Shown in pieces: positions 48,112-58,330 of a stretch of 64,000 nucleotides of DNA; the first letter of the stretch is position 1, and the number at the start of each line of letters is the position of its first letter. The DNA is from Candidatus Parcubacteria bacterium (GTDB taxonomy: Bacteria; Patescibacteriota; Minisyncoccia; UBA6257; HR35). The stretch lies in contig BPJI01000001.1 in NCBI GenBank assembly GCA_026004535.1, positions 431,424 to 495,423 of the forward strand. Reading direction: 5' to 3'. The translations under genes were made by a program, and so were the position numbers. Under the pieces are notes generated by a model. That model did not search any database, was not told the DNA's origin, and saw only the letters and a program-made list of their open reading frames with translations.

Positions 48112-49560
48112 TTAATTTTTAACAACGACCTTTTTAATAATTGACCCTTGTTTAGTATCTTCAATTTTATAACCAGCTTCCAATACTTCTTCTCTAATTT
48201 TATCAGCTTCCTGCCACTTCCCTTCTTTTCTTAATCTTTCTCTTAATAAAACTTTCTTTTTAATTTCAGCTGGTAATTTTTGTTTTGCTAAAAATTCTTT
48301 GAATCCTAACCCCAAAATTTTATCAGCCTCTAAAACAAAAATTTTTTTAAATTTTAAATCTTCATCTGACTTTAAAATTTCCCATAATTTAGCAATTAAT
48401 CGAGGAGTATCAAGATCATAATTAACAATATTTAATATTTCTTTAAAAGCAGAATTATGCAGAACTAAATCAGAACTACCCAGAGCCGAGACTCGCTTGT
48501 CGCCAAATAGTGATTTATACAAATTAATAGAAAGATTAAAGCTGGAGATCGTCTCTAAAAGTAAGTTATATGCATTTTGAGCTGATTCCATTGCTTGCCA
48601 AGTAAAATTCATTTCTGAACGATAATGTGAGGTTAAAACTAAATATCTAAAAGCAAGCGGTTGAAAACCTTTTTTCTCAATATCTTCTAAAGTAATAATA
48701 TTTCCTAAACTTTTCGCCATTTTCTCTCCCTCAACTTTTAAAAAATTTACATGAAGCCAATAATTAACAAATTTTTTACCAGTTGCTGCTTCTGATTGAG
48801 CAATTTCATTAGTATGATGAATATCAATGTGATCAATACCGCCAGTATGAATATCGATTGTTTTACCTAAATATTTCATTGACATTGCTGAACATTCAAT
48901 ATGCCAACCAGGAAAACCAATGCCCCAAGGACTTCTCCATTCCATTTGTCTTTTCACATCTTTAGGTGAAAATTTCCATAGAGCAAAATCATACGGATTT
49001 CTTTTTTCAGGATTTATCTCAACTCTCGCGCCAGCTAATAATTTTTTCCTTTTAATTTGGGCCAATATACCATAATTTTTAAACTTAGAAGTGTCAAAAT
49101 AAATGCCATCTGAAATTTTGTAAGTATAGCCCTTTTTTTCTAAAATCTTTATAAGCTCAATCATTTCTTTTATATGCTGAGTTGCTCGAGGAAACTTAAA
49201 AGGAGTTTTGATATTTAATTTTTTAATATCTTCCTTGAAAATTTTTTCAAAATAACGTGCAATTTCCCAAGCAGTTTTTCTTTTTTCTCTGGCACTTTTT
49301 TCAATTTTATCTTCACCAGTATCAGCATCAGAGGTTAAATGTCCAACATCAGTAATGTTAATAATTTGTTTTACTTTATAGCCATTATACTCAAGTGTTC
49401 TTCTTAAGGTATCGGCAAAAATATAAGCTCTTAAATTACCAATATGAGGTCTTTCATAAACAGTTGGCCCACAATTATACATCGTTACTATCTTATCTTT
49501 CAAAGGTTTAAATTTTTCTTTTCTTCGAGTTAAGGTATTAAATAGATAAAGAGGCTCCAT
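48112..49560 (-). CDS. cysS: cysteinyl-tRNA synthetase
   Basis: [23 protein letters not shown]; start placed at [10 protein letters not shown]. Confidence 0.96.
   Translation of the reverse strand: MEPLYLFNTLTRRKEKFKPLKDKIVTMYNCGPTVYERPHIGNLRAYIFADTLRRTLEYNGYKVKQIINITDVGHLTSDADTGEDKIEKSAREKRKTAWEIARYFEKIFKEDIKKLNIKTPFKFPRATQHIKEMIELIKILEKKGYTYKISDGIYFDTSKFKNYGILAQIKRKKLLAGARVEINPEKRNPYDFALWKFSPKDVKRQMEWRSPWGIGFPGWHIECSAMSMKYLGKTIDIHTGGIDHIDIHHTNEIAQSEAATGKKFVNYWLHVNFLKVEGEKMAKSLGNIITLEDIEKKGFQPLAFRYLVLTSHYRSEMNFTWQAMESAQNAYNLLLETISSFNLSINLYKSLFGDKRVSALGSSDLVLHNSAFKEILNIVNYDLDTPRLIAKLWEILKSDEDLKFKKIFVLEADKILGLGFKEFLAKQKLPAEIKKKVLLRERLRKEGKWQEADKIREEVLEAGYKIEDTKQGSIIKKVVVKN
48449..48504 (-). 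repeat. short CAGAAC-family arm in frame in cysS
   Basis: GCAGAATTATGCAGAACTAAATCAGAACT; encodes [11 protein letters not shown]. Confidence 0.65.
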
Positions 49561-49568
49561 TAATTTAA

Positions 49569-50972
49569 TTATAATTCGGTAATATCTCTTGGTAAAAATA
49601 AATTCAAAATCCAATCAATAAATGTTTTAACTTGATCTCGAAAAGAAATCATTTTGCTTAAATAAACTCCTTTCCAAATAAACCAACTAATTAAACCAGA
49701 AAATTCAATTCCTTTAATTTCACCTAAGGCATAAAACCTACCAACTGAAATCAAATCGCCAGCATGTTTATAAATAAATTTCTGCAATGGTTTATTTTCA
49801 ATTAAATTTTTAATATTTAAAGCAACTAATTTTGCTTGTCTAACTGCAACTTGAGCTAATTGTGGTAATGGTTTTTGATCTTGAATAAAACAACAAACAT
49901 CACCAATTGCAAAAACATTATCATATACAGAACTACTCAGAACTGATGCAGGACTGACTGAATTATCTTTGGTTGCAGAACTATACTGAACTGACACTGA
50001 ACTAACAGAATTATTCTGTGAGTTCTGTATTGGTTCTGTATGTTCTGCATTATTCTGCAAATTCTGTGTAAGTTCAGCTCTTTCTGCGTCTATTTTCTTT
50101 TTCACCTGCAAATATTCATTTAAAACTAGTCTTCCTTTATTATCTTTTTCAACGTTACCAATAATTTCTGGTAAATTTGGTTCAACTCCTGCTGTCCAAA
50201 TAACTGTTTTTGTTTCAATAACATTACCGTCATCAAGTTTAATAAAATCTTCACCAACCTCAATTACTCCTTTTTCTAGTCTAACATCAACTTTTAATTT
50301 TTTTAACCTTTCAAGTGCTTTTTGTCTTAATTTTGGAGAAAATTGAGGAATTAATTCTTTGCCTTTTTCGATTAGAATTATTTTAACTTGTGAAATTAAA
50401 TCTGATGAATATAATTTACTAAATGTTTTATAAAACAAATCACTCATTTCACCAGCCAATTCAACTCCTGTTGCTCCACCTCCAACAATGACAAAAGTGA
50501 GATATTTATTTACCTTTTCTGGATATAAACTTCCTATTTCAAACATATGAACAAATCTATTTTTCAATCTTATAGCGTCATCAATTGTTTTTAAGGAAAA
50601 ACTATATTCTTTAGCCCCAGGAATATTGTAATAATTTGTTTTCGAACCTAAGGCAATAACTAGATAATCATAATTAACATTATAATCTTCTCTTTCTTTA
50701 TTTATGTAAACAATTTTGTTCTCTAAATCAATTTTTTCAACTTCTCCATGAACAAAATCAAAATCACAACATCTAATAATTTCTCTTATGGGTTCTAGGG
50801 CATTATCAATCGAAACTCCGCCAGTAGCAACTTCATGAAGTAAAGGCGTAAAAATAAAATAATTCTTTTTATTCACCAATACTAATTTTACTTTCTTATT
50901 ATGAAAAAGTTTATGTAAATGTTTTAAAGCATAAACACCACCAAATCCTCCACCTAAGATTACTATCTTCAT
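49569..50972 (-). CDS. ndh: type II NADH dehydrogenase with ~55-aa repeat insertion
   Basis: [42 protein letters not shown]. Confidence 0.9.
   Translation of the reverse strand: MKIVILGGGFGGVYALKHLHKLFHNKKVKLVLVNKKNYFIFTPLLHEVATGGVSIDNALEPIREIIRCCDFDFVHGEVEKIDLENKIVYINKEREDYNVNYDYLVIALGSKTNYYNIPGAKEYSFSLKTIDDAIRLKNRFVHMFEIGSLYPEKVNKYLTFVIVGGGATGVELAGEMSDLFYKTFSKLYSSDLISQVKIILIEKGKELIPQFSPKLRQKALERLKKLKVDVRLEKGVIEVGEDFIKLDDGNVIETKTVIWTAGVEPNLPEIIGNVEKDNKGRLVLNEYLQVKKKIDAERAELTQNLQNNAEHTEPIQNSQNNSVSSVSVQYSSATKDNSVSPASVLSSSVYDNVFAIGDVCCFIQDQKPLPQLAQVAVRQAKLVALNIKNLIENKPLQKFIYKHAGDLISVGRFYALGEIKGIEFSGLISWFIWKGVYLSKMISFRDQVKTFIDWILNLFLPRDITEL
49927..50090 (-). repeat. CAGAAC-family element in frame in ndh
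   Basis: Encodes [48 protein letters not shown]. Confidence 0.88.
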
Positions 50973-50979
50973 TAAATAA

Positions 50980-51110
50980 TCGGAAATAACGGAAACAAAC
51001 ACGGAATGAGCGGAAGAAACGGAAAAAACTCCGTTAATTCCGATAGTCAGCTTCTTCCGTGTTATGTCGTTCTTTCCGTTAATTCCGTGTTAAGTTCCGC
51101 AAGTTCTGTT
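50980..51110. repeat. ACGGAA-family two-armed element
   Basis: Five CGGAA units, then TTCCG units. Confidence 0.85.
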
Positions 51111-51113
51111 AAT

Positions 51114-51512
51114 TTAGAACAAACTAAGACTGAATGGCCAAGGCTGAGGAACAAAGAGTAAGGCTAAAACTCCTGCCCAGATAGCCATATTCTTCATGAA
51201 ATTAATCATTTCCATCATTTTCACTTGTGGATCTTGGACCGTCCAAAAATTATGAATCATAAATGTAACAGGCAAAAAGAAAAGCGTTAGAGCTAAAACT
51301 CCGACTTGAATATAAGCACCAAATAAAATTGAAAATCCACCAATTAAAAGTAAAAGACCTGTAACAATGACAGACAATTTAGGAGCTGGTACATTTTTAG
51401 TTTGAGCATACTGAGACATCATATTCAGATTTTTAAAATGATTAAAACCACTAAACAAAAAATAAAAACCCAAAATTACTCTTGAAAGTAGCAGAATGTA
51501 ATCTGAAATCAT
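51114..51512 (-). CDS. DoxX family protein
   Basis: SGFNHF, HNFW, FMKNMAI. Confidence 0.88.
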   Translation of the reverse strand: MISDYILLLSRVILGFYFLFSGFNHFKNLNMMSQYAQTKNVPAPKLSVIVTGLLLLIGGFSILFGAYIQVGVLALTLFFLPVTFMIHNFWTVQDPQVKMMEMINFMKNMAIWAGVLALLFVPQPWPFSLSLF

Positions 51513-51540
51513 CTTTTTTAATTTTTTTAATTCGACCTAA

Positions 51541-52845
51541 TTAAATTTTAGCACAAATTTCTAATAATCTATTATATTTTACTACTCTTTCACCTTGTAA
51601 AGGAACACCGATTTTAAAATAATCTGCACCAAAAGCAATTCCTAAATCAATTAGCCAATTATCATTTGTTTCGCCACTACGATGTGAAAAAATAGTAAAT
51701 AAATTATTTTCTTTGGCTAATTTAACAAAATTAAATGTTTCAGTTATGGTGCCGATTTGATTAGGTTTGACAATTACACCATCAACAGAATTTTTCTCTA
51801 AAGCAATTTTTAATCTTTCAATATTGGTCACTGTTAAATCATCGCCAATTACTTTAAATCCTTCTTTACGAAGTTCAGCAAATTTTTCAAATTCATTTTC
51901 TTTATATGGATCTTCTAAATATTTAACACCCAAAATTTTTAATTTTCGATAAACATTCTTCCAATTAACTATATTTGTTATTTGATTAGCAGCAATATCA
52001 GCTCCAAGCTCAAAATAAAAATTATTACCCGGATGATTACCGGATAAATCCGGTTTATATCCGGGTAAATTATCCGTATCCGGTTTAAATCCGGGCAACT
52101 TATCCGGTTGTAATCCGGGTAAATTATCCGGTTCATATCCGGATAAATTACTAGTTACTTCTTTTAAATATAAAAAAGGTTCATAATTATCACTAAAGTT
52201 TGTACAAAATGCTCCTTCATCGTTTCTTCCTAATGGTTTAGGCAATTTTTTTTCAATCTGATTAATAATACTAATGATCTTAGCGATTAAAAGTTCAAAA
52301 TATGCAGCATTGAAAGAATTTTTCCGTAAGTTCTGCGTCAGTTCCGTGTAGTGCTGTGTTATTAACCAATATTCCTGAAAATCTAAATTATTAAAAGAAT
52401 GCACTCCTCCACCAATAATATTTAAAATTAATCTTAGCATTCGTGTAGACTCGTCCTTATTTATTCGTGTAGATTCGTTTTTTAAATATTCAAACAACTC
52501 CAAATTTTTACTTTTAGCTAGAGCTCGAGCAAAACTGATTGAAACTCCTAAAGTAAAATTACCTCCTAATTTTTCTTTATTCTTCCCTGCTCTTTCAATT
52601 AAAAATTCATCTAATTCATTAAGATTTTGAAAATCTTTATTTTTTATATCTTTCAAAAATTCGCTTAAATTCTTTTTAATTTTTTCACAATCTAAACAAA
52701 CAACCTCATGAGAACCGATACTTTTCCCAGAAGGAATTGACGCTTTTTCTTTTATTCCTTCACTTTCAATCTCAACCTCGATTGTCCATTCTCCTCTTGA
52801 GTCTAAAATTTTATTTACTTTTATATCATTTATTTTCATCTTCAA
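51541..52845 (-). CDS. eno: enolase (divergent, three repeat insertions)
   Basis: ILDSRG, LEDP, IGDDLTVTN, KPNQIGT, SHRSGET, KYNRLLEI. Confidence 0.9.
   Translation of the reverse strand: MKMKINDIKVNKILDSRGEWTIEVEIESEGIKEKASIPSGKSIGSHEVVCLDCEKIKKNLSEFLKDIKNKDFQNLNELDEFLIERAGKNKEKLGGNFTLGVSISFARALAKSKNLELFEYLKNESTRINKDESTRMLRLILNIIGGGVHSFNNLDFQEYWLITQHYTELTQNLRKNSFNAAYFELLIAKIISIINQIEKKLPKPLGRNDEGAFCTNFSDNYEPFLYLKEVTSNLSGYEPDNLPGLQPDKLPGFKPDTDNLPGYKPDLSGNHPGNNFYFELGADIAANQITNIVNWKNVYRKLKILGVKYLEDPYKENEFEKFAELRKEGFKVIGDDLTVTNIERLKIALEKNSVDGVIVKPNQIGTITETFNFVKLAKENNLFTIFSHRSGETNDNWLIDLGIAFGADYFKIGVPLQGERVVKYNRLLEICAKI
52025..52146. repeat. CCGG-family element in frame in eno
   Basis: 52025-52067 matches 23725-23767 at 42/43. 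Confidence 0.9.
52303..52360 (-). repeat. CAGAAC-family arm in frame in eno
   Basis: Encodes QHYTELTQNLRKNS. Confidence 0.75.
52439..52478 (-). repeat. 24-bp-period duplication in frame in eno
   Basis: ATTCGTGTAGAYTCGT twice; encodes ESTRINKDESTRM. Confidence 0.7.
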
Positions 52846-55198
52846 ATTTTTTAACTATCTCAATTGTCTTTATCACTACATCACTATTAACACTTATACT
52901 TTCAATTCCTTCTTTAACTAAAAGTTCAACGATTTCTGGAAAATCACTCGGTGCCTGTCCGCAAATTCCTACATATTTCTTCTTTTCTTTACATTTTTTA
53001 ATTACTTCACTAATTAATTTTTTGACTGATTCATTTCTTTCATCTGCTAAGCTCTGTAAAATTTCATTATCTCGATCAATTCCTAAAGTAAGTTGGGTTA
53101 GATCATTCGAACCAATTGACATTCCGTCAAAAAATTCTAAAAATTCATCTACTTGTAGAATATTTGAAGGTATTTCAGCCATTACATAAACTTTATAATT
53201 TTTTTCTTTTTTTTGACCTAAAATATTTTCGATTATTTCCATAACTTTTCTTCCTTCTTCAGGTGTTCGGCAAAACGGTACCATCATTGCTAAGTTTGAA
53301 ATCCTCATTTCCTCTCTAACTTTTTTCATTGCTAATACTTCAAGCTCAAAAGCTTGCTTAAATTTTGGATGATAATATCTACTTGCTCCTCGCCAACCGA
53401 TCATTGGATTTTCTTCTTCTGGTTCATAAAGATCTCCGCCAATTAAATTTCGATACTCATTGGTTTTAAAATCAGAAAACCTAACAATTACTTCATAGGG
53501 CCAATAAGCAACACAGATTTTAGCAATTCCTTCGGCTAATTTGTCAATAAAATATTGTTTTTTATTTTTATAGCCTCTGGTTAATTCATCAATTTTTTCT
53601 TTTATTTCCTCAGATAAATTAGGATAATCAATTAAAGCATTGGGATGAATTTTTATTTCTTCAGCAATAATAAATTCTTCTCGGGCAAGTCCAACGCCTT
53701 TAACTGGTAAGTACCACTTCTCCCAAGCTTCATCAGGAAGTCCAATATTGACATATATTTTTGTTTTTGTTTCTGGTAAATTTTCTAAATTATGCTCAAT
53801 AACTTCGTAATCAAGATTTCCTTTATAAACATAACCTGTAATTCCGGTAGAACAATCAATTGTCACTTCATCGCCTGTTTTTAAAACTTCTGTTGCCTTT
53901 TGAGTGCCAACAATTGCTGGAATGCCTAATTCACGAGATACTATTGCCGCATGACAAGTTCTTCCTCCTTTATCAGTAATTATTCCCTTGGCAATTTTCA
54001 TTATCGGCACCCAATCTGGGTCAGTCATTTCAGTAACTAAAATTTCTCCTTCTTGAAATTCATTTATTTTAGAAACATCTTTAATAACTCTTACTTTACC
54101 CGAAGCTATTTTTGAGCCAATAGCGATGCCTTTTAAAATAATTTCACCTTTTTCTTTTAATTTATATTCTTCATAAACATTATATTTTTTAGTTGAATGA
54201 ACTGTTTCAGCTCTTGCTTGAACAATATAGAGCTTGCCATCAATTCCATCTTTGGCCCATTCAATATCCATTGCTCTTCCATAATGTTTTTCGATAATTA
54301 ATCCCATCTTAGCCAACTCTAAAACTTCGTCATCATTCAAAGAATAATTTGTTTTTTCTTCTTCTTTTGTCTCTATTTCTTTTACACCTCTTTCTTCAGC
54401 ATAAATAATTTTTTTCACTTTCTCGCCTAATCTTTTACAAATAATACTTCCAAATCCTCTTTCTAAGCCCTCTTTAAAAACTATCCATTCATCAGGAATT
54501 ACTTTTCCTTGAACAATCAGCTCACCTAATCCCCAGACTCCATTAATAACAATAACTTTATTTAAACCAGAATCGGAATCAATCGTAAACATTACTCCAG
54601 AACTAGCCAAATCAGATCTTATCATTTTTTGAACACCAACAGAAAACTTAACCTGAAAATGATCAAATCCTTTTTCTTGTCTGTAAAAAATAGCTCTATC
54701 AGTAAACAAAGAAGCAAAACAATATTTTATTTTTTCTAAAAGATCTTTTTCAGTTACATTTAAATAAGTTTCTTGCTGCCCAGCAAATGATGCATCAGGA
54801 AGATCTTCGGCTGAGGCGCTACTTCTTACGGCAACTTGTAAATCTTCTCCATATTCTTCTTTTAGTTTCTCAAAAGCACCTAATATTTCCTTTTTAAAAT
54901 CTTCAGGAAATTCACCTTGTTTAATTAAATTTCTAATTATTTCTCCTGCTTTTTGTAATTTTTCAACATTATAGACATCTAAATTTTTTAAAGTTTCTTT
55001 AATTTTTTCTTCTAAGTTGTTATATTTTATAAAATAGTCATAAGCTTTAGTTGTAATTGCAAAACCGTTAGGAACCCTAACTCCTAAATCTGACAATTTC
55101 TGATACATCTCACCTAAATTAGCATTTTTTCCACCAACTATGCCAACGTCTTCTTTTTCAATCTCATTAAACCACAAAATATATTTTTCTTCCTTCAT
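52826..55198 (-). CDS. ppsA: phosphoenolpyruvate synthase
   Basis: VGGKNANLGEM, SFAGQQETY, GGRTCHAAI, SIGSNDLTQ, GICGQAPS. Confidence 0.96.
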   Translation of the reverse strand: MKEEKYILWFNEIEKEDVGIVGGKNANLGEMYQKLSDLGVRVPNGFAITTKAYDYFIKYNNLEEKIKETLKNLDVYNVEKLQKAGEIIRNLIKQGEFPEDFKKEILGAFEKLKEEYGEDLQVAVRSSASAEDLPDASFAGQQETYLNVTEKDLLEKIKYCFASLFTDRAIFYRQEKGFDHFQVKFSVGVQKMIRSDLASSGVMFTIDSDSGLNKVIVINGVWGLGELIVQGKVIPDEWIVFKEGLERGFGSIICKRLGEKVKKIIYAEERGVKEIETKEEEKTNYSLNDDEVLELAKMGLIIEKHYGRAMDIEWAKDGIDGKLYIVQARAETVHSTKKYNVYEEYKLKEKGEIILKGIAIGSKIASGKVRVIKDVSKINEFQEGEILVTEMTDPDWVPIMKIAKGIITDKGGRTCHAAIVSRELGIPAIVGTQKATEVLKTGDEVTIDCSTGITGYVYKGNLDYEVIEHNLENLPETKTKIYVNIGLPDEAWEKWYLPVKGVGLAREEFIIAEEIKIHPNALIDYPNLSEEIKEKIDELTRGYKNKKQYFIDKLAEGIAKICVAYWPYEVIVRFSDFKTNEYRNLIGGDLYEPEEENPMIGWRGASRYYHPKFKQAFELEVLAMKKVREEMRISNLAMMVPFCRTPEEGRKVMEIIENILGQKKEKNYKVYVMAEIPSNILQVDEFLEFFDGMSIGSNDLTQLTLGIDRDNEILQSLADERNESVKKLISEVIKKCKEKKKYVGICGQAPSDFPEIVELLVKEGIESISVNSDVVIKTIEIVKKFEDENK

Positions 55199-56202
55199 TA
55201 ATTTACTAAATTTATTGGTTTTCCTTTGATGAATCCTTTAATATTCTCAATTGTTGTTTTTAAAATTCTTTCAATTGCTTCTTTTGAATTAAAAGCATTA
55301 TGTGGAGTAACCAAGACATTTGGCATTTTCATTAAAATATGATTTTGCCATAAAGTCTTTATATCTTTAGCTTCGATATCTTTTTTCGTTAAAAGCTCTA
55401 ATTCTTCTTTAATTTCTGTTTCTTCTTCTAAAACATCTAAAGCGGCTCCATTTAAAATTCCTTCTTTCAAAGCATAAACCAAAGCCTCTGTTTCAACGAT
55501 ACCACCACGAGCAGTATTAATTAAATAAGAACCTCTTTTTATAAGTTTGATATTTTCTTTGTTGATTAAATGATAGGTTGAAAGATTTAAATTAACATGA
55601 ATTGTAATAACATCTGAATTTTTTAAAAGTTCTTCTAAACTTACATATTTAATTCCATACTCTTTAGCAAAATTTTCATCAGGATAAACATCATAAGCCA
55701 AAATATCCATCCCCAAAGCTTTGGCTAATTTAATAACTTGCTTGCCGATTTTACCAGTTCCAATTACTCCCAAAATCTTTCCATCAACTTCTTCACCTCT
55801 TAAATTTTTTAAATCAAAACTTTCAGCTTCTTTTATTTGATCAATAGCATAATAAATTTTTCTCATCAAACTAAGCATAAGTCCAATTGTCCATTCGGCA
55901 ACAGTTTTTGTACCATATTCAGGTACATTACTCACTAAAATTCCTTTTTGTTTACAATACTGAGTATCTATATGATCAAAACCAGTTGATCTTGTAGTAA
56001 TGAATTTTAATTTAGGCAAAGAATCAATTATTTCTCTATCAATCTGAGAACAAATAAAAATACTTAAAATTTCTAAATCTTTGAAATTATGTACATTTTC
56101 TTTGGTTAGCCATTCAGAAGTAAAAACTAAATTATGTCTTTCGAGTTCTCTTTCTAAAATTTCTTTTTCCCAACCTTCTCCTTCAAAAAATCCTATATTC
56201 AT
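55198..56202 (-). CDS. D-2-hydroxyacid (D-lactate-like) dehydrogenase
   Basis: STGFDHID, GTGKIG, INTARG, TPHNAF. Confidence 0.9.
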   Translation of the reverse strand: MNIGFFEGEGWEKEILERELERHNLVFTSEWLTKENVHNFKDLEILSIFICSQIDREIIDSLPKLKFITTRSTGFDHIDTQYCKQKGILVSNVPEYGTKTVAEWTIGLMLSLMRKIYYAIDQIKEAESFDLKNLRGEEVDGKILGVIGTGKIGKQVIKLAKALGMDILAYDVYPDENFAKEYGIKYVSLEELLKNSDVITIHVNLNLSTYHLINKENIKLIKRGSYLINTARGGIVETEALVYALKEGILNGAALDVLEEETEIKEELELLTKKDIEAKDIKTLWQNHILMKMPNVLVTPHNAFNSKEAIERILKTTIENIKGFIKGKPINLVN

Positions 56203-56240
56203 TGGTAAATCTAGGTTTTTATTATGTTCTTAAACTATTT

Positions 56241-57164
56241 TCATTTAATCCTATTTTTAAGGAAAAAATATCCCAAAATCATTAAAATTATACTTAAAAT
56301 TGATATAATAATAGTTGATAAAATACTCTCTTGAAGTGGTAGGGGTATGTTCATTCCATAATAACTGAAAATAATGGTTGGGATAAACAAAATTATTGTA
56401 ATAATGGTTAGATTTAAAATTCTTTTATTAATTGATCTATCCATAATCATTCTATAATTATCTTTTATAATTTTCAATCTTTTAATGTTGGAGTTAATTA
56501 TTTCTATAAGTTCTAACATCTCAAAAGAAAGATCGTCAACATTACTCTTTTCCTCTTGTAAAAATTCCAGATATTTTTTAAATAATAACTTTTCGTAGAC
56601 TTTATAAATAGTAATCAACGTAGAAAGGGTTGTGCTTAATAAAACTTCTAATTTTGAAAATTCAATTATTTTTTTATCATCAAGTTCAGAATATATACTA
56701 CTATAGAATTCTTCCGAACCTTTTATCAATTTATCAACTAAATTTCTATAGGATTTATTTATTAAATTTAATTTTAAAAGAAAAAATTTAGTTTTTTGAG
56801 TAGTAAAAAAATTAATTTGATCGTTGGTAAGCAAATTAAAAATAGCGGTTTTTTTATTAAAAATAGTAAAAATGTATTTAGGTGTCAAAATAATTAAAAT
56901 CGGCAAAAGTTTTATTTCATTATTTTCAAAGTGAGGTATTTTTAAAAAAATATACAAAAAGTTTTTTACGATTTCTAAGCGTGGTTGGGTAAATTCATCA
57001 ATAACATCTTCTAAGGAATTTCTATTAATTTTAAAATTCTTAGCTAAAACGGTAATATCATCTTTATTAAAATTTTCGACAAAAATCCACGATCCAGGAG
57101 TTGGCTTTTCCAATTTTAATAAATTTCTATCTTTTAAAGATTTTTTATAAATATTTATTTCCAT
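56241..57164 (-). CDS. corA: CorA-family Mg transporter
   Basis: YGMN motif between two C-terminal TM helices. Confidence 0.85.
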   Translation of the reverse strand: MEINIYKKSLKDRNLLKLEKPTPGSWIFVENFNKDDITVLAKNFKINRNSLEDVIDEFTQPRLEIVKNFLYIFLKIPHFENNEIKLLPILIILTPKYIFTIFNKKTAIFNLLTNDQINFFTTQKTKFFLLKLNLINKSYRNLVDKLIKGSEEFYSSIYSELDDKKIIEFSKLEVLLSTTLSTLITIYKVYEKLLFKKYLEFLQEEKSNVDDLSFEMLELIEIINSNIKRLKIIKDNYRMIMDRSINKRILNLTIITIILFIPTIIFSYYGMNIPLPLQESILSTIIISILSIILMILGYFFLKNRIK

Positions 57165-57576
57165 ATTTAAAATAACTAACTAAATTCTTTAAAAAATTAT
57201 CTAAAAACAAAACTAAAAAAATAATAATTGATGAACCATCAGCTATTAAACAATAAATGCAAAAAGATTTTAAAACAAAAGCCTGAAGATAAATTAAATA
57301 AAGAGCAAAAATAAATCCTAAAGAGGAAACAACCTTTAATAAAACCTTAGGCTTTTCAAAAAAATTCAAAATCAAGATACTTCCAAAATAAAAGACTCCC
57401 CATAAAGCAACTGGCAATCCCAAAAATTTACTATATTCACTTTTCAAAACAAAATCACAACCTACATCAGGCAAACAGAAAGGCGAGTCGTTTTTAATAC
57501 CAAGGTAAAATAAATAACTCGCAACCAAAAATCCAATCAACCCTAAAATAAAAATCAAATTTTTCTGTTTTAGCAT
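57145..57576 (-). CDS. vitamin K epoxide reductase family protein
   Basis: C..C loop, SEYSKFLGLPVA, CIYC. Confidence 0.9.
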   Translation of the reverse strand: MLKQKNLIFILGLIGFLVASYLFYLGIKNDSPFCLPDVGCDFVLKSEYSKFLGLPVALWGVFYFGSILILNFFEKPKVLLKVVSSLGFIFALYLIYLQAFVLKSFCIYCLIADGSSIIIFLVLFLDNFLKNLVSYFKYGNKYL

Positions 57577-57584
57577 CTAATAAT

Positions 57585-58244
57585 TTAATACCACTTAGCT
57601 AAAATTACTTCAATGTTTTTATTTTCTTTCTCAACTAATTCCTTAAATTTATTAACATCACTAAAACCATTTTCACCTCGATAATGATAAGGGTAAATTT
57701 TTTTCGGCTGAAATTCTAAAACTACTGAAACTGCCTGCTCAACATCCATTGTATAAGGTAAATTCATTGGCACAAAAGCAAGATCAATATTTTTTAAATT
57801 TTTCATTTCAGGAATATCTTCAGTATCACCGGCAATATAAACTCGAAAATCATCTTTCTCAATTAAATAACCATTACCTCTTCCTTTAGGATGAAATTGT
57901 GATCTTTCAGGAGTTAGATTATACATTGGTAAAGCTGTAACTTTAAAATCATTCCAATTCATTTCTTCTTCGTTATTTAAAATTTTTGCTTTAGGCTTTA
58001 ATTTTTCTAAAAGATCATCATAAACTGCTTTTGGTACAATCAGATCAAAATCACCTTTTTGGCTTAAACTTTCCAAAACATTATTATCTAAATGATCGAA
58101 ATGAATATCAGTAATTAAAACTAAATCAGGTTTTGGTTTATCTTCATATAATTTTTTATCCCAAGCAGGATCAACATAAATAATCTTTCCGCCCCAATCT
58201 AAAATAAAAGAAGCATGATAAATTGGAATAATTTTTGGTTCCAT
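57585..58244 (-). CDS. MBL-fold metallo-hydrolase
   Basis: HASF, TDIHFDH, AGDT, PYHY; start placed at MEPKI. Confidence 0.88.
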   Translation of the reverse strand: MEPKIIPIYHASFILDWGGKIIYVDPAWDKKLYEDKPKPDLVLITDIHFDHLDNNVLESLSQKGDFDLIVPKAVYDDLLEKLKPKAKILNNEEEMNWNDFKVTALPMYNLTPERSQFHPKGRGNGYLIEKDDFRVYIAGDTEDIPEMKNLKNIDLAFVPMNLPYTMDVEQAVSVVLEFQPKKIYPYHYRGENGFSDVNKFKELVEKENKNIEVILAKWY

Positions 58245-58330
58245 AAATAAATTATAAACAAAAAGGAACAAAAATAAAGTAGTTCAATTTTATTTTGATT
58301 TGAAAAGAAATCACTTTTAAAGATGACAAT

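Noticed and set aside
16365-51538. AGGTCG motif upstream of several genes (16365, 18371, 48126, 51533)
   Set aside because: Distances to start codons vary, two copies lie in coding tails and others are mid-gene; not separable from chance without a count
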